A stretch of 48,790 bases of DNA. Origin: Macrostomum lignano (taxonomy: Eukaryota). The DNA lies in assembly GCA_002269645.1 (NCBI GenBank), contig NIVC01002453.1:1-48790 (forward strand), read 5' to 3'. The position numbers were made by a program, and so were the translations under genes. Of this stretch, positions 24,500-36,699 are shown in pieces; positions within the stretch are counted from its first letter, which is position 1; the number at the start of each line of letters is the position of its first letter. The notes under the pieces are model-generated. The model made no database searches and was not told the origin of the DNA. It worked only from the letters and a program-made list of their open reading frames with translations.

Positions 24500-25295
24500 G
24501 ATAGAATGACAGCAAATCAAAAGCAAGAGGTGAGGGTAATGAAAACACTAATTTGATGTGGCACTTTTGCTATACTATAATAAACTAGGTGAAAAAATTA
24601 AAATAGACACTCTTTATTACAGTTAAAATTCTAACCCTCTATATGTTCTTTTAAAATGATTTTGTTAAATTGTAGAACATATTTGGCAAAATCCAAAAAC
24701 ATGGGATAAAACAATAAAACAAATCTGCTGACATTTGATAGAAAGTAATGTATCTAAAAAAGGTTTTTGAAAGATAGATAGGTCTTTAGTTCTAGATAAA
24801 AACTAGTTTTCATGCTTTATATTGTTGAATAAATAAGAAAAAACCACAAGAAAAGCATTTTAAAAGTCCGAGTTGACTGATTTGCATTTTTTTGTTTCAC
24901 TTTTTTTCATTATTAAACAATTAATTTTAAGACTTGTAGGCCTTAGAGAAGGCTAATTTTTTTACTACTTACAAAACAGAATAAATGTGTTTTACTTTTT
25001 ATTCTATTCAAAAAGATGAAGTATTTCTAAGGATTTCAAAGTTTTTCTAAAACCACATAAACTCGCAAAAATTCATACTAATTTAAAGTTCAAAGTTTGC
25101 CAGCAAACATCTTTCTCTAAAAGTAAATATATTGTAATTCCTTGTTGCAAAATAATCTTTAAGTTGTTTTTTTTCATTTAAATATCAACTTGCATAGTAT
25201 TAATATTTGTAATATGCCTATATTTAGACTTAAAAATTTTGGGTAAAAAATGGTACCACAAAATGTAAACCTGGCATCCAAATCAAATGCATCCT

Positions 25296-25798
25296 ATTTG
25301 CTTATTAAGCAACAAAGAACAATGAAATTACACTAAAACATGTATCACCGCAGCGTGTATGCAGGAAAAAAAAGAATTTTCCAAATTGCTTTAGTAGAAG
25401 CTGAGTAAAATGCAATTTTCCAATCCTTATGGGAATTCCAATTTGTTACCTAGCTTCTAAATCAGATCAGATGCTTACTGTATGCTTATTAAGCGACAAA
25501 GAACAATGAAGTTACACTAAAATATGTATTATCACGGCGTGCATGCAAGAAAAAAAAATTTTTTAAATTGCTTTGGTAGAAGCTAAGTAAAATGCAATTT
25601 TCCAATCCTTATAGGAATTCCAATGTGTTACCTGGCTTCTCAATAAGATGCTTACTGTATGCTTATTAAGTGACAAAGATTAATGAAATTATACTAAAAC
25701 ATGTATCATCGTAGGGTGTATACAGGAAAAAAGTATTTCCCAAATTGCTTTAGTAGAAGCTGAGTAAAATGCAATTTTTCAATCCTTATGGGAATTTG
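25296..25798. repeat. AT-rich tandem repeat, ~180-bp unit, about 2.8 copies
   Basis: GCTTATTAAG...AGTAGAAGCTGAGTAAAATGCAATTTTCCAATCCTTATGGGAATT recurs at about 25300, 25484 and 25662. Confidence 0.88.
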
Positions 25799-26869
25799 TA
25801 TGTTTAAATAATAAACTTATGTTGAATTTAATTTATTGCAAATAAACTCTACAAAATACACATTGTCAAGAGTAACGAAAGTGATAAACAAATAAACCTT
25901 TAAAAATATTGTTAAATGTGTCAGGATTGTGTGCATTCTGATAACTGATTCTACTTGTTATAGAATTATAGTATAACATTAAAAGATAGTTAAAGTTAAT
26001 AAAATACATTATTATAGCTTTTCTATCATTTTCATTAGTCATTTTAGGTCATAATTAAACTTACCATTTTAATAAATCATTTTATTAAAAATAAAGCTAT
26101 ACATAAATAATTGGTACTTTTATAGACTTTTTTCCTTTTAAAAACTTAAATAAATTTATTTTATAGCTTTATTGCTTTCAAATTGCCAAAAAATGAATTT
26201 TATAAAACTTGCCCTTGATTTTTGGATTTTGCCATTTATATTTGAAAGTCACGATTCTAAAAAGTTTAATTCTCAAACATACAATTCCATAGTTCGGAAC
26301 ACTCTGTATGTACCCCAGAAAAAAAACTACCATTTTTTTTGTGTACGCCGATGTACGCCATATATCTTTGTGACGTTGTCGTTTACAGTGCTTTTACTTG
26401 CTTTTACAGTGCTTTTGCTTTTACAGTGATACTTTACTGGACTAGTGATATTGATATTTAATTTTAAATTGTCAATGTTGAAAATGGAAAATAACTTTTT
26501 TATTTATTTGTGAGAACTATTAAAAAGTGACAGTTTTATATGTACAACAGTTTATTTATAAAATTTAGGTAAAATTTGTGCATTTTTTGTTAAAATTACA
26601 ACTTCACCACAAGCAAAAAACACGGAAGTCAGTTCTGCATCAATTGTGAAATTTTACAGTAAATGCATAATGAACAACTTTGTAACTGTTATTGATTTCA
26701 CTAGGTTACGAATTTTTTATTTTTTGGTGCATGTTACACACCAAATTATTAAACATGGTTAAACATGTACGCCAAAAGCCTTAGAAAATTACTATTTGTA
26801 CGCCAACATGTACGCCAAATTTCTTGACTGTACCCTGGAAATTTCCGGCGTACATGATGTGAATAACTT

Positions 26870-27075
26870 ATGCCGCATGTTATTCCGTACGTTATTCCGC
26901 ACGTAATTCCGCATGTTATTCCGTAAGTTATTCCGCACGTTATTCCGTACATTATTCCTCATGTTATTCCGTATGTTATTCCGCATGTTTTTCCGTACGT
27001 TATTCGGCACGTTATTCCGCACATTATTCTGCACGTTATTCAGCACATTATTCCGCACATTTTTCGCATGTTATT
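26870..27075. repeat. 12-bp tandem array (TTATTCCGCACG), left arm of an inverted pair
   Basis: Tandem units; the reverse-complement array is at 27920-28235. Confidence 0.9.
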
Positions 27076-27919
27076 AGGCATTTTTCCACAATGTTCTGTA
27101 TAAAATTTACAAGTAATTTTTCCATTTGATAAATTTTAAATGTAAAGCAAAAGCCTAATGTACATGAGCTTGTCGTTATATTTTCCTGGATTACGCGAGT
27201 ACATGTACATGGCATTCGTAAAATTATAATTGACTGCAACAGAGTACTGTAGTTGCAGAGTTGTAAGTTGAGTTACAGAGTTGCATGCACAGAGCTGGGG
27301 TCGCGGAGAGGTTGAGAAAAGAAGATAAAAGTGACTACTTATCAACATATATTAAATTACTGAAAGAATCACATCAAATATGTACAAGGTCACTACGGGA
27401 CGCAAAATAAAGTGTTCTTTGATACTGAAAGAAGTTTACGCTTTAATAAGTATTATAAGTGCTAACACCAAATAAAGAACTAATGTGTAGTAAGTAAACC
27501 GTATTACTGCATTTAGCTAATTTAGCTTTTTTCAATTATATTTTATGCAGATCGTCATACTTATTAAAAACTATCTAAAACTTCACGTTTTTGATGTGGA
27601 AATCATGTATGGAACGCGTAAGTTAGACTAGGGGCCTTTTCATATGACCAATTCCATAACCAGAATCGGTTCGGAATTCCAAGAAAAACAGCAGTATAAC
27701 TATTAAACTCTGTTAATATTTGACTGCCTTAACAATCTCACTTAGCCCAATTTTTCACTTTCTTCTTGGCGATTGTCATTTAATAATAAAAACTTTATAG
27801 CACGTATCTCCCTCTAGTTATGGAGACTAAAAGTTATACTTCACAAATTGGTTCTGGTTCTAGAACCAGAACAAGCAATATGAAAAGACCCTTGGTGGGA
27901 AATATGTTAAAAAAGTAGA

Positions 27920-28235
27920 TGTGCGGACTATTGTGCGGAATAAAAATTCAGAATAGCGTGCAGAATAATTTATTCGGAATAATGTGCGGAATAATGTGTG
28001 GAATAAAATGCGGAATAACCTGCGGAATAACATGCAGAATAAAATTCGGAATAGAGTCCAGAATAATGTTCGGAATAATGTGCGGAATAACGTGCGGAAT
28101 AACATGCGGAATAACATGCGTAATAACGTGCGGAATACCGTGTGGAACAACATGCGGACCATGCGGAATAACTAGCGGAACGTGCGGAATAACGTGCGGA
28201 ATAACATGCGAAATAACATGTGTAATAACATGCAG
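27920..28235. repeat. 12-bp tandem array (GTGCGGAATAAC), right arm of an inverted pair
   Basis: Reverse complement of the unit at 26870-27075. Confidence 0.9.
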
Positions 28236-29404
28236 TGTATGTTACACTCATGCGTACATGCCCTCTTCCGAACTATGGATACAATTCTCTGAAACTACTT
28301 GCATAAAATTATTACTAATTATGTAGAGGATGCCTCTAAGACTCTAATGAAAGTTTCAGAAAAATTGGAAAATTAGAAGTATTTTATATACCTAAAGTTC
28401 AAGAAGTCCCCAGAATATACTAGTGTAATGTATGTCTAACCCCCTTTTGCTCTATTTGCTTTTTAGGCCAAACATTTAAATATAATTGCTTTTATATACT
28501 GTAGGCAATTTCCATGGTAGACAAAAAATGTTCTTTCATAACCAGTGCATCCACGAGACCATGGACAAAATTTAGTCTAATTTTATTTATATTTATTATC
28601 AAAATTATTTTATTTATTGTTTTTTTATTATTTTTTTTATAAAAAGGCCCCTAAGCTTAAAATGCTTATTTACTCTTTAAAAGAAAAAAACAAACATGTT
28701 AAACTTTTTCTAAGAATTATAGACAAGAGCTACGAACATTTAAAAAAAACCTCCTGTCTTTATAGGCCTAATTAATATAATTATATTATAAGTTTTTCTT
28801 TTCAAATTGTTAAGTTACAAAAAGAATAAGAAAATACAAAAAGCAATAAACTACTACTATCTATAGCCGATATAGGCAGGAATAAAATTAAGTATACTTT
28901 TATGTTTGGTTTTACGTCATTTAAAGTCATACACACAACACACTTACTGGCACCTGGAATACTTACTTGCAATTGAATTGTCAGCATACAAAGCTTGTCC
29001 AATGCATAGTGTAGGCAAAATGCATAGGCTTACAACAAAAAATATAAAAGGATTTAGATTACATAAAGACATGATTAAAGTATGCTTATTATTGATGTTA
29101 TTTGCAAGGTAATGAATTCGGACGCGTCAAAATGTATGTCAACGCGTTTGGCTCTATTCGACTAGGCCTACGGAAGTAAATTGATTTTATTTACACACTT
29201 TAAAATACAACGTATTACCTGTTATCGATGAAAAACAAAGTACACAAATTAAAACTTTAGTTCTGAATTTAAAACTTATTTTTTAACTGCAGAGAGTGTT
29301 TTAAACATTCAGACACAAAAACAAAGCAATTTTTTAAACGAAATTACTCTCCGTAATTGATTTCTAGCAAAACGCACGCCACTGCACAGTGGCCAGTAAG
29401 TGGC

Positions 29405-29469
29405 AGTTACGAAGTGGCAAACGGCAGTTACTGTTACCGAAGTGGACTGTTACCAACAATGATAACGGA
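29405..29469. repeat. 65-bp dispersed repeat, copy 2
   Basis: Identical to 23221-23285, same orientation. An extra TACCGAAGTGG motif lies at about 29523. Confidence 0.9.
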
Positions 29470-30241
29470 ACAATGTAGTCAATGTTTATAATGCATAATA
29501 TTAATTAGATATGAGATAATGCTACCGAAGTGGATTGTATTCCATCCTAGATCCCAGTGCCAGGGGCTAGCCTGGCTAGGGCCTATCACAGCAGGAACTG
29601 AATATTTCTAAACTGGCTCTTTACCGAGTACCAATAAGCCTAAGGGGCTAGGGCTTAGGCCTACAAAGTACAAAGTTTGATGTTTTGGTTACAAGTCTAA
29701 CAGTTATGTTCAAAAATTCTACTTTAGTGCCTAAGTAGTAGGCCCCTAGGCTCTAGTAAATTGCTACAAATTTAAGTTAGTCTAGGGCCTAGTCTATCAA
29801 CTATATAATCTATGACAAGTCCTATGGTACAGCCTACACTAGCAATGTTTGCCATTTGATACCTCAGTATTCCATAGCAGACAGTTCTTATTTAGAGGTT
29901 TTGCCTGGCCCTATTACTAGTAGTACTTAGATATGTTTTTGTATAAAGCCCTATATTCTAAGCCAAAAATATTGTCCAAAATATCCTAGTTGTCAAAATA
30001 CTAAATAGGCCAAATAGCAAAGTACATTAAATTATACATTTTTATGTTTTATTCCAAGCATTTATATAAATTTGTTTTTCTATTAGCCTTAGTTTTTATT
30101 TTTATTAGGCCTAGGCCTTATGCAAGGCATTTATGCTAGGCCTAGGGCTAATTTGAGACCCAATTTGCACTTAGGAATCAGGTAAAATGGCTCGCTTAAT
30201 GAAAAGTAGATAAATAAAGGTCAATTACTCAATATCAACAT

Positions 30242-30413
30242 TAAGTATTAGTTATTTATTTGAGTTGCTAATGCATTTTGTCCAATATTGGACATCTTTA
30301 GGGTCAAAATTTATTTGATATGATGACACATATCTTAATGATAAATTTTGACCTTGAAGATGTCTAATATTGGACAAAATGCTTTAACAACTCAAATAAA
30401 TAACTAATACTTA
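30242..30413. repeat. Long near-perfect hairpin, ~72-bp arms with a 26-nt loop
   Basis: 30242-30314 (TAAGTATTAGTTATTTATTTGAGTTG...GGTCAAAATTTAT) is the reverse complement of 30341-30413 with few mismatches. Confidence 0.9.
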
Positions 30414-31880
30414 TATTGCTCTTATGAATTCTAGTATAAATATAATAAAATAGGCCTAGAATATAACTTAGGCCTATATATTGGCTAAAACTTCAAATAC
30501 AATATCTTTTTTTATCAATAAAAACTCTACCTATAAAAATCAAAACCATCTATTTGTCTATCTATATATATCTATACATAATTTTGATTGTTACAGACTC
30601 CTAAACGACTCAACCAAATTATACTAATTTTTGTACCCATTATAAATAGAATGTGGTTTTGTTTGCTATCAGTTTATCTGCCGATAGACAAAATGACTTT
30701 AGTGATAGATGTGTTAATTGCTTGTTTTCATATGACTATATGACACATTATATATTACATGATTAATTACTTAATTCATGCTTAGTCTCAATATTCAAAG
30801 CAAAAGGAAAAATGTTATAGTTTCTTTATATGCTATATAGGGCCTAACATAATTTGAAGAGATGACATTGTATATTTAGCTTTCATTTTTAACTGTGATT
30901 TTAAACTTTGATTTAAATGTTTTAATGTGATTTTGTAATAATAATATATTTATCATACATTAAGTTTATTACTATTTGTAATTCTACAAGAAATGCATAG
31001 AGAAATATATGAGTTTTGTACTTTGTATGAAATTCCTACCAAAAAGTATATTCAAAACCTGAGATGAATCTATATTCATGGTAATTATTCTAATTAAAGT
31101 AGCATTAAATAGTAAAAAATGTATGCTTATTTGCAGCAAATACTGCTCTTTACACCAAAACATGCTTCATTGTTTTATTGCTAGGCATTGTTTTCATTGG
31201 ACACCACAGTAGACAAATCATCTACCATAGCATAGACCTCTAGAAGACAAATTGACAGCAGACAAAATGATATGCACCCCCCTAAACTTATTAAAATGTC
31301 TTAGGCTACCTTAAAATTTTCTAAATTTAAGTCTGCCTATCTAAAAATGCAAAAAAAACTGCTAAAAAGTGCATTATTAATTAAATTTTTAAGTTTCAAA
31401 CTTTATCCTGTTATGCACTTTTAAAGTTAGTCTGCTTTTTGTCAGCAAGACAGCCATCCCAAACTCCACCTCTTCTTTCCTTATCTGCAAGATGTGGAAA
31501 AGAGGGTTTCAAAATTTAATAAATTTTGGCTGCCATTAGTTTGTTCCACGTGAACCAATTGACTTTAAACTTTACAAGATTCTTCATTGGCTTATTTCTT
31601 TATCTAAATGTAAAGTCTCAACTCTATAACTCAATTAGAATAGAAACTGTAAACATGTAAAGTTGGTCTTAGAGTCACTTTCTTATTTTACCTATGTCAC
31701 CACAGATATTAGAATAACTAAAGGAGCCACTCAGGTGTATATACTTTGTAAAACAGCTTTTTACTTTGTGTTCAATAGCAATAATACTCGTAGTAAATAA
31801 TAATTGATTACACATACCCTAATTGGTAGATGTGCAACTGGCAGCTTTGCTGCAGCTATTGTGCGGCACATCAGGCTGCA

Positions 31881-31920
31881 TACAGCTGTTCACTCCAAGG
31901 ACTGGGGGTTGTCATACACA
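31881..31920 (-). mobile_element. 3' fragment related to the SINE at 34374-34606
   Basis: Minus strand TGTGTATGACAACCCCCAGTCCTTGGAGTGAACAGCTGTA resembles SINE body TGTGTGGCGACCCCCCTCCCCAGTCCTTGGACTGAACAGCCGTA. Confidence 0.55.
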
Positions 31921-31929
31921 CCCTTGACC

Positions 31930-32843
31930 ACTTGTCTGGACTAGTGGGTGGGGGCATTGTCGTGATAAAGAAGCACCCCCGAGCTCGAGTCCTTGGGCGG
32001 CGACTGGAGAGACCACTCAGCACTTCTGGCAGGCAGTAGTTAGTTGGTATAACAGTTGCCAGCGACTGTGTGCTGCTGCACAAGTGGCACAATCGCTAGA
32101 TGACCAGCTTTTGTCACAAAAACGACCAATATCTGCTTTGCCACGTTGCGCTCTTGCTGCAGCTTTAATGGTGGGGCTTCCAGCTGGTGTCCACTGGCCC
32201 GACTGCTGCTTGGTCTCTGGGTCGAAACTATAGATCCAGGATTCGTCACCACTGATGATTTCCCGGACCGAGTTTGAGCGGCCACCATCGAATCTGTTGA
32301 GTATGCATGGCACAAAGCCACCCGAGCCTCCTTTTGCTCCTCCATCAGATGATAGCATGCATAAACCTTGCTCAGGTGCAGGATCGTGCTGATGGTTCCT
32401 GATGAGATGCCCACTTCTGTCTCTATCTGGGTCACAGTTTCTCTGGCATCATCCTCAGTCATGCCCCGAATAGCAGCAACATTCTCTTCGCTTGCTGTGG
32501 ACTTGGGCCGGCTGTTGCGCTCTTCATCATCCAGACTCCATCGGCCACGTCAAAATTCGGCAAACCGCTCAAAAACTGTGGTCCTGGAAGTCCCTCAAGA
32601 CTTAAAGTCGCTCAAAGCTTTCCTGCTGCCTTAGACCACTTTTTGTTTTTATTAATTATCATAGTTAATAATTGTTCTCCATTCTCCAATGGCCTATTTT
32701 GAGCTCCCAGCGCAACACAGGCTTTTTAGAGTGAATTTGTCTGAAATCGCTCAACCATAATCACAAGATAATGTACATAATACCTGCTATGCCAAATTGT
32801 GTACATCACCTTCCCACTTTGGTAACTTATTGCATACCCCTCG
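31930..32843 (-). mobile_element. 3'-truncated defective mariner transposon
   Basis: TIR TA|CGAGGGGTATGCAATAAGTT at 32843. Broken transposase GRPKSTASEENVAAIRGM, IISGDESWIYSFDPETKQQSGQW, HDNAPTH. No second TIR found. Confidence 0.88.
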
Positions 32844-33165
32844 TACATTGCAGCTTTAGGCTGGAATTCTAAAGACAATAAAAGTTGGGGCGAAGTGGAA
32901 GGGTAGTGTTGAAAGGCGCGATTGGATGGTTCAAGCTTTGGCCTTGGCTTTAAAAATACATTGAAATGCTTCTGTCTAACTTACTACCGAACTGAAAGTA
33001 GCTTACATGCAAATGTGCTGAGTGGCCCATCTATTGTAGTTATTCTAGTATCTCTGTGTTGTCTGCAACGACTCTGGGGCGCTTCCTGGCCTAGATAAAA
33101 TTTTCATTGGGAATATTCATTAAAAATGTTCCCCATGCCTGTCAATAATATTTTCCAACGAATAA

Positions 33166-33448
33166 ATGCATGCTATGAAGCCGGCAGCAAAGCAGAGGCA
33201 GAATAAGCCACAGCAGACGCCTAAAAAGCAGAAGCAACAGACGCAGACTCAGTCGCAGCCTGTTTACAATAAGCGGCAAAAATCGAGGCGGCATAGAAAA
33301 ATTCGGCCATACTCTGAGCCAGACGCGGCCGATGTTGGCTGGTCGCCGGCGCCCGCGCCATCTGGCGGCGATTTGGCGCCCGGCGCCGGAGAAGATCGAT
33401 TCCTACCCCGATCTCTGCGCGAGATCATGTGGCTCAAACGGGTTGCTG
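33166..33448 (+). CDS. CCDC137: CCDC137-like basic nucleolar protein, exon 1
   Basis: K/Q/R-rich N-terminus and FLPRSLREIMWLKR, resembling human IPFRLREIMRSR as recalled. Donor G|gttagt at 33449 (phase 1). Start is ATG 33166 or 33175. Confidence 0.65.
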
Positions 33449-34373
33449 GTTAGTTTGTTATTTAAATAAGTTGGGTTGGTAAAATTACTTGTAGCAATAT
33501 ATTGAGACAATCATCCCCCCCCCTGATTTACTCCGGCCGTGCGACTTTTTTTCCCAAGAATGCGACTTGCCTATAAAAAACCTAAGATTGACGTAATTTT
33601 GGGTAAACGGCAGGAGTAACCTCGTCATCTAATTAGTACTCGTCTGTATTTTTGTGTGGGCATATTTGCGACTTAAATTGGCTGGGCCCCTCGCCAGCCG
33701 GGTCGGATTGGCGCGCATGTATGGAGGCAATGAGGCTAACTCAAGAAGCCTCTGTATCCAGACGTTGGGTCATTGTCTCTCCTCTCGCAGCCATGAGCAG
33801 AATTACTTATGAGTATGAAAGTCTTAACATCGGTTTAATTAGCTTTTTAATTGCTGTATTTTATGTTACCTTATTAAATAAAGTGCTGTTGCTCTACTAA
33901 GTAAGTAGCACGATGAAAATTTTATGCTTATTTTGATACTGATATACATTTGGGCTAATTTAATGCGCCTACGTTTTGACACAGTAGCTTCCTGTGTTGC
34001 AAAAGCAAGCAGCTATTCGGAGTCGATCATCACGCACGCCTTCCGCTTCCCATCTCCTGCACCCCATTGAATTTGGGCGTGTGCCAGTATTTTATTCTCT
34101 CGCTTCAAAGCCATAATAAATACGTTATTATGAAGCTGTAAAGTCCTTTATGCCATGCGTTGCATTTTCATTTCTGGCATAGGATTCTTATTACCGTGTA
34201 TTTGGCAACTGCGTAACGGATGCTTGGAATTAGATTCCTGAACTCAATTGAGTTGCTACGAGAATTGTAAATAATTCGCTTCTTCTGATCGCTTTTTTTC
34301 TGTGGATATTGTCGCTATTAGCATAAGATTGCCAGTGTGTATTATTTAGAGTGTATCCGGTGTGCTATTAAAA

Positions 34374-34606
34374 GGGTTGTAGCCTAGTGGTTAGAGCGTT
34401 GGACTCTCAGGAGCGCTGGAGAAAGGTCGGGGGTTCGATTCTCGACCCGCTGGGAACAATTTGTGTCCTTTTAGCTAGACACAAGTCTGCATTGCTTCAG
34501 TCAACCCAGCTGTAAAATGGGTGCCAGCATTAGCTGGGGTAATTGAGGCTGTGTGTGGCGACCCCCCTCCCCAGTCCTTGGACTGAACAGCCGTACCAGA
34601 CTCTAG
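34374..34606 (+). mobile_element. tRNA-derived SINE in the CCDC137-like intron
   Basis: Pol III A box TAGCCTAGTGG (34380-34390) and B box GGTTCGATTC (34432-34441), followed by the conserved SINE-body motif CTTCAGTCAACCCAGCTGTAAAATGGGTGCC. 3' boundary approximate. Confidence 0.8.
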
Positions 34607-34639
34607 AATCCCCATTCTCCACCTCTCCCCCATCCCCAG

Positions 34640-35175
34640 CTCTGTCCCCGAAGGATCGGCGCCGCTATTTAAAATCGCGCCGTCGCACCAATCCGGAGGT
34701 TGGCGACGTGGCCGGGATGCGCCGGGCGCCGGCCAAGCTGGCCGACCTGCGCCGCCGGCCGGGGGAGTCGCAGCCGCGCCACCTGGCCAGGGTGGAGCGG
34801 ACGGCGCAGCAGACGCTGCTGTCCGCCCAATACGCCGACCGCTTTGGCGAGCGACAGAATAAACAGCAGCAAGAGCAGAAGCAAAAGAATAAAAAGAAGA
34901 TTGTTGCAGAAGCAGCTGCCGCAGGGGACAGGCAATCAGAGCAGGAGCAGAAGAAAGCCAACCAAAAGCCACGGAGGACAGCCGGCACCAGGCCAAGCCG
35001 GCTGGAGCCAGTTGTTAGCGAGCCGCCAAAGTCTCTGGCTCGTCTGAAGTTGCCAATTATTAATAAGAAGAATAAAACTGGCAACGCTTCTTTGACAATG
35101 AAAGCAACAATTGCTGGAGACGTTTCTGCCCAAGGCGGCGGCGGATTTCCTTTGGATCGGATGTTGATCACGTGA
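34640..35175 (+). CDS. CCDC137: CCDC137-like, exon 2
   Basis: Pyrimidine tract and ccccag|CT acceptor in phase 1. LRRRPGESQPRHLARVERTAQQTLL resembles FKQRKGESDGAYIHRMQQEAQHVL, and PVVSEPPKSLARL resembles EVVLQPPELTARP. Joined length 272 aa. Confidence 0.65.
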
Positions 35176-35679
35176 CCAGCCTGATTGCTAAGAGAAATTA
35201 TCTCTGCATTTTTAAGTGATTAGTTAGCTAACTATGTTAGCAGTTAATAAAGATTGTCAAATTGAAAAGGAATTCGAAGACAATAAACCTGTTTTGTTTA
35301 AAACTTAAATATTTTTCTTTCAATTCGTAGGAATTGCAGGTACAGTCGCAGCAGTAATTATCATGAGTTGCGATAGATTGTAAATTAGCAAGGAATAAAT
35401 TCCGCTTCGATTCTTCTCTTATAGAAACACGCAACCCGGTCAGCATATAGGAATCCTAATGCATAATTTACCCCCTAACCCTCAATTCAACCCTAGATAA
35501 ACTTCATCCCGTGCATCCAGAATCTTTCATCTATTTTCCTTTTATGACTTTTTCTACCTTTAATTTTGATTCCATTTCCAGGTGTTCTCGCGCTTCGCCG
35601 AGTTCACCTGTCTCTTAATTCTTGTCTGCGCCCTGTCGCTACTCTTCTTTTTTATCTCTTTCAGCGTCAACGATACCAT

Positions 35680-35985
35680 CTCAGTCCTCGGATGTCCTTG
35701 CCGCTGCCCTCTCAGTCCTCGGATGTCCTTGCCGCTGCCCTCTCAGTCCTCGGATGTCCTTGCCGCTGCCCTCTCAGTCCTCGGATGTCCTTGCCGCTGC
35801 TCTCTCAGTCCTCGGATGTCCTTGCCGCTGCTCTCTCAGTCCTCGGATGTCCTTGCCGCTGCTCTCTCAATCCTCGGATGTCCTTGCCGCTGCCCTCTCA
35901 ATCCTCCGATGTCCTTGCCGCTGCCCTCTCAGTCCTCGGATGTCCTTGCCGCTGCCCTCTCAGTCCCCCAACTGTCCTTGCCGCT
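35680..35985. repeat. Minisatellite, 31-bp unit CTCAGTCCTCGGATGTCCTTGCCGCTGCCCT
   Basis: About 9-10 tandem copies. Confidence 0.95.
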
Positions 35986-36397
35986 ACCCTGTGTACTTTT
36001 AACTCCGTCTCCGTGCTAAATCCCAAAAATCTTCTCAGATAAATGAAGGCTTAATAATGTATTTTGGAAAGTTTTGGAGGCATGCGAATTTTGTAGAATA
36101 TGTTTGTAGTGGGCTACAGAAACTACATGTGTAGAAATAACGATTTTTTCAAGCCAGTTAAAGACGTTTCTGTATGAAAAATTGGCTTGAAAAATTCAAT
36201 GATTAAAACACATCAAAATTGGGCTAATTTACTCTGATTCCTATTTTTCCTACTAAAATCACTTTATCAATATTTGACTAATTAGATTCGATAATATTTT
36301 CTGTAGCCAGCAGTTTGTTTGTTTTTTAGGAATGATATTTTTTACTTCCCTTTTCTACTTTTTGTTGGAAGAACAGAATTATCCTGATTCACAATAG

Positions 36398-36586
36398 CAG
36401 GCCCGCCTTCCCCTGTGATAAACTGGCCTCTCCATTTTGAGCATGCCCGCCTTCCCCTGTGATAAACTGGCCTCTCCATTTTGAGCAGGCCCGCCTTCCC
36501 CTGTGATAAACTGGCCTCTCCATTTTGAGCATGCCCGCCTTCCCCTGTGATAAACTGGCCTCTCCATCTTGAGCATGCCCGCCTTC
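36398..36586. repeat. Minisatellite, 44-bp unit GCAGGCCCGCCTTCCCCTGTGATAAACTGGCCTCTCCATTTTGA
   Basis: About 4.3 near-identical copies ending about 110 bp upstream of the kelch ATG. Confidence 0.95.
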
Positions 36587-36699
36587 AGACAGTAAACTTA
36601 GTTTTTTCTTAACTGTATAATTGTTTTGCAATTAATTCATGCTGTGCCTGCCTTAGCCCCAATAAATTTAAAGGGCTACGAAATTTTTTTTTATCAAAC

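Noticed and set aside
34374-34451. Functional tRNA gene
   Set aside because: A and B boxes are present, but the anticodon and variable region are irregular and the sequence continues into a SINE body rather than a T-run terminator.
34543-35175. Stand-alone 210-aa gene starting at 34543
   Set aside because: The TTG start lies inside the SINE; better explained as exon 2 of the CCDC137-like gene.
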